From the NCBI GenBank assembly GCA_039679545.1, contig JBDKUT010000032.1:1-29628 (forward strand): 29,628 nucleotides of DNA. The letters run 5' to 3'. Made by a program: the position numbers and the translations under genes. Of the stretch, positions 26,839-29,628 are shown in pieces (positions within the stretch are counted from its first letter, which is position 1; each line of letters opens with the position of its first letter). Below the pieces are notes generated by a model, which saw nothing but the letters and a program-made list of their open reading frames with translations, had not been told where the DNA came from and ran no database searches. The DNA is from Thermotogota bacterium. Its GTDB lineage: Bacteria > Bipolaricaulota > Bipolaricaulia > UBA7950 > UBA9294.

Positions 26839-27532
26839 GGTGCAGTCGCGGAAGGTCTCGGCGATCGCCGCCGAGCAGATCGTCGAGGCGATCCACCGAG
26901 GCGATTTCCCCGTGGGGAGCCGCCTTCCGTCCGAGTTCGAGTTGGCCGAGCAGATGGGCGTCAGCCGACCGTCGATCCGCGAGGCGCTGTCAGCCCTTCA
27001 GGCGATGGCCATCATTGAGTCACGCCCCGGAAGCGGCAACTACGTGCTCCGGGTGCCGTCGACGACGGAGGAGACGAACACTCTTCATCTTATCGAGAGT
27101 GAGGCCGGCTGTCTCGAGGTCATGGAGGCCCGCGAGGCCCTTGAGCCGCCCGTGGCGGCGATGGCGGCCGAGAAGTCCGATGAGGCCGCCATCGATCAGC
27201 TTCGGGAGATCCTGCAGATAATGCGCCGTCGCGCCGCCGAGAACGACTTCGACGCGTACTTCGCAGCGGACAAGGCCTTCCATCGCGCCCTGGCCGACGC
27301 GGCGGGAAATCCTCTGGTAGGATCCGCCCTCGTCCCGCTCATCGACACGATGGATCAGAAGGTCTACCGGGAATTCACCCGGCACTACTACTTGAAGAAC
27401 GTGAGCGACCTGCAACACGTCGTCGATCTTCATCGAGAGATTCTCGACGCGATCGAAGGCGAGGACGAAGACGCGGCGTTCGCCAAGATGGTCGAGCATT
27501 GGACGCGGATGCGGGAGATCTGGGAGGCGTAG
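26825..27532 (+). CDS. GntR/FadR-family transcriptional regulator
   Basis: RLPSEFELAEQMGVSRPSIREAL winged HTH; FCD domain EAREALE..DKAFH..AAGN..H; AAGGAG RBS. Confidence 0.93.
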   Translation: MRFNRVQSRKVSAIAAEQIVEAIHRGDFPVGSRLPSEFELAEQMGVSRPSIREALSALQAMAIIESRPGSGNYVLRVPSTTEETNTLHLIESEAGCLEVMEAREALEPPVAAMAAEKSDEAAIDQLREILQIMRRRAAENDFDAYFAADKAFHRALADAAGNPLVGSALVPLIDTMDQKVYREFTRHYYLKNVSDLQHVVDLHREILDAIEGEDEDAAFAKMVEHWTRMREIWEA

Positions 27533-27571
27533 GCCCGTCCCATCCGCCAACGAAACAGGAAGGGTGATGGA

Positions 27572-28528
27572 ATGCAAGTCGAGAAGAAAGTGGTCGTCGT
27601 TGCCCTCGGCGGGAATGCCATTCTCCAGCCCGGGCAGCGCGGTACGTTCGAAGAGCAGATGAAGAACGTCCACGTCACCTGCGAGCAGCTCGCTCACATG
27701 GTGGAGTCGGGCAAGTACAAGATCGTCGTGACCCACGGCAACGGCCCGCAGGTCGGGAACATCCTGCTCCAGAACGAGGTGGGCAGGGACGTCGCGGCGC
27801 CGATGCCGCTCTACGTCTGCGGTGCGGAGAGCCAGGGGCTTATCGGGTACATGATCCAGCAGAACCTGACGAACCTCTTCGCCGCCAAGGGGCGCCCGGA
27901 CATCCCGGTGGCGACGATCGTCACCCAGGTGGTCGTCGACAGGGATGACCCCGCCTTTGCCAACCCGACGAAGCCGGTCGGTCCGTTCTACAGCGCCGAG
28001 GAAGCCGCTCGTCTAAAGAAGGAGAAGGGGTACGACGTCAAGGAGGACGCCGGGCGCGGGTGGCGCCGCGTCGTCCCGTCTCCCGATCCGGTTGAGATCT
28101 TCGAGAAGACGGCGATCCGCCAGCTCTTGGACGCTCGCACGATCGTCATCGCCTCCGGGGGCGGCGGGATCCCCGTCGTGCGGGAGAACGGAGGGCTCAA
28201 GGGCGTCGACGCCGTCATCGACAAGGACCTCGCCGGCGAGCGGTTGGCCGTCGACGTCAAGGCCTCGATTTTCATGGTCCTGACCGACGTCGCCCAGGTG
28301 AAGCTCGACTACAAGAAGCCGCAGGAAAGGAACCTCGCCCGGATGACCGTGGCCGAGGCGAAGACGTACGCCGCCGAAGGGCACTTCGCCAAAGGCTCGA
28401 TGGAGCCCAAGGTACGCGCCGCGATCCGGTTCATCGAGTCGGGCGGTGAGAAGGCGATCATCACGTCGCTCGACAAGGCGACGGACGCGCTGGAAGGCAA
28501 AGCGGGAACCACGATCACGAGGGAGTAG
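27572..28528 (+). CDS. arcC: Carbamate kinase
   Basis: VALGGNA, THGNGPQVG, PTKPVGPFY, GWRRVVPSP, GGGGIPV, VIDKD, GSMEPKV. Confidence 0.96.
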   Translation: MQVEKKVVVVALGGNAILQPGQRGTFEEQMKNVHVTCEQLAHMVESGKYKIVVTHGNGPQVGNILLQNEVGRDVAAPMPLYVCGAESQGLIGYMIQQNLTNLFAAKGRPDIPVATIVTQVVVDRDDPAFANPTKPVGPFYSAEEAARLKKEKGYDVKEDAGRGWRRVVPSPDPVEIFEKTAIRQLLDARTIVIASGGGGIPVVRENGGLKGVDAVIDKDLAGERLAVDVKASIFMVLTDVAQVKLDYKKPQERNLARMTVAEAKTYAAEGHFAKGSMEPKVRAAIRFIESGGEKAIITSLDKATDALEGKAGTTITRE

Positions 28529-28543
28529 ATCCAAGGAGAGATC

Positions 28544-29581
28544 ATGTCGAACACAACGCTACGAGGACGAGATTTCATCACCTGGTTGGAGTTTTCGCGC
28601 GACGAGATCGATGCCATGCTCGACACCGCGCATGATTTGAAGCGGAAGTTCATCCGCCGCGAGCCGCATCGGGTGCTCGACGGACAGACGCTCCACATGC
28701 TGTTCTACAACACGTCGCTGCGAACGAGGAACTCGTTCGAGACGGCGATGACGCAGCTCGGCGGTCACGCCCACTTCCTGCAGCCCGGCGCCGTGTACAC
28801 CCCGGCCCTGTCGGGCGACGAGAAGGCGTACTCGACGGAGCGGATCAGCGACGTCGCCCGCGTGCTCGCCGAGATGGGTGACGCCATCGCCATTCGCATC
28901 TACGGCAAGTACACCGATTGGATCTACGGAAAGGGAGACCGGATCGTCCGCGAGTTCGCTCAGTGGTCGAAGGTCCCGGTCATCAACATGGAAGACGACA
29001 TGTACCACCCGTGTCAGGACCTGGCCGACGTCATGACGATGCAGGAGAAGCTTGGCCACAACCTGCAGGGGAAGAAGTTCGTCATGAGCTGGGCGTACTC
29101 CGGATCGGTCGAGAAACCGCTCGCCGTACCGCAGAGCTGCATCATCGCCGCGTCGACGATGGGTATGGACGTCACCCTTGCGCATCCGAAGGGCTTCGAT
29201 CTCGACCCGAAGGTGCTCCAGGCGTCGAAGGACCTCGCGAAGCGCCACGGCGGGTCGTTCAAGGTCGTGAACGACATGGACCAGGCGTTCAAGGGTGCCG
29301 ACGTCGTGTATCCGAAGGCGTGGACGGTTCAGGCGACGGACGGCAAGACGCCGATGGATGCGGAGAAGGCCAAGGTCCTTTTCGAGGCGAACAAGCATTG
29401 GATCACGACGCCCGAGAAGATGAAGCTGACCAACGACGCGATCTACATGCACTGCCTGCCGGCGGATCGCGACCAGGAGGTCACCGACGACGTCATCGAC
29501 GGGCCGAACTCTGTAATCATCGAGCAGGCGGCGAACCGCCTGCACGGCCAGAAGGGGATGATGGCCTGCATCATGGGCTAG
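28544..29581 (+). CDS. Carbamoyltransferase of the knotted YgeW/AOTCase-like group (not a canonical ArgF or PyrB)
   Basis: SLRTRNSF, HPCQ, SWAYSGSVEKPLAVPQS, YPKAW, YMHCLPADR, QAANRL. Confidence 0.85.
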   Translation: MSNTTLRGRDFITWLEFSRDEIDAMLDTAHDLKRKFIRREPHRVLDGQTLHMLFYNTSLRTRNSFETAMTQLGGHAHFLQPGAVYTPALSGDEKAYSTERISDVARVLAEMGDAIAIRIYGKYTDWIYGKGDRIVREFAQWSKVPVINMEDDMYHPCQDLADVMTMQEKLGHNLQGKKFVMSWAYSGSVEKPLAVPQSCIIAASTMGMDVTLAHPKGFDLDPKVLQASKDLAKRHGGSFKVVNDMDQAFKGADVVYPKAWTVQATDGKTPMDAEKAKVLFEANKHWITTPEKMKLTNDAIYMHCLPADRDQEVTDDVIDGPNSVIIEQAANRLHGQKGMMACIMG

Positions 29582-29604
29582 GGGATTCAGGAGTCCACCG
29601 AGAG

Positions 29605-29628
29605 GTGCGGGCCGGGATCGGCCCGCAC
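29605..29628 (+). terminator. GC-rich hairpin after the carbamoyltransferase, likely terminator; any U-tract would lie beyond the window
   Basis: gtgcgggccg-ggat-cggcccgcac, perfect 10-bp stem. Confidence 0.55.

Noticed and set aside
27572..29581. Arginine deiminase pathway (arcB/arcC)
   Set aside because: No arcA or arcD in the window, and the carbamoyltransferase lacks canonical OTCase motifs

Overview
High-GC bacterial window with two blocks. Left (1-~16.3 kb), mostly on the minus strand, is a surface-glycan locus: phosphomannomutase (partial), Wzm/Wzt exporter, WecB, PGI, a secreted S8 protease, GalE, a complete GDP-heptose-type gene set (HddA kinase, GmhA-HddC fusion, GmhB) and RmuC. 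Three toxin-antitoxin pairs (one PemK/MazF, two HicBA) interrupt it. Two non-coding repeat families mark the junctions: GTAG-hairpin REP-like units with nested, covarying extra hairpins, and 9-nt GTTCGTTG(A/G)-type tandem repeats. Right (~16.3-29.6 kb) is a divergent catabolic cluster: NTPase-PNPOx fusion and PLP enzyme (minus), then dihydropyrimidinase, two coupled AOR-family (W/Mo-pterin) oxidoreductases, an SsnA-like amidohydrolase, a DHODH/PreA-like flavo-iron-sulfur protein, a FadR regulator, carbamate kinase and a YgeW-like carbamoyltransferase (plus). It resembles the anaerobic purine-degradation (xdh-ssnA-ygfK-hyuA-ygeW-ygeX-yqeA) cluster with several non-orthologous substitutions. All calls come from motif recognition by eye; no searches were run.
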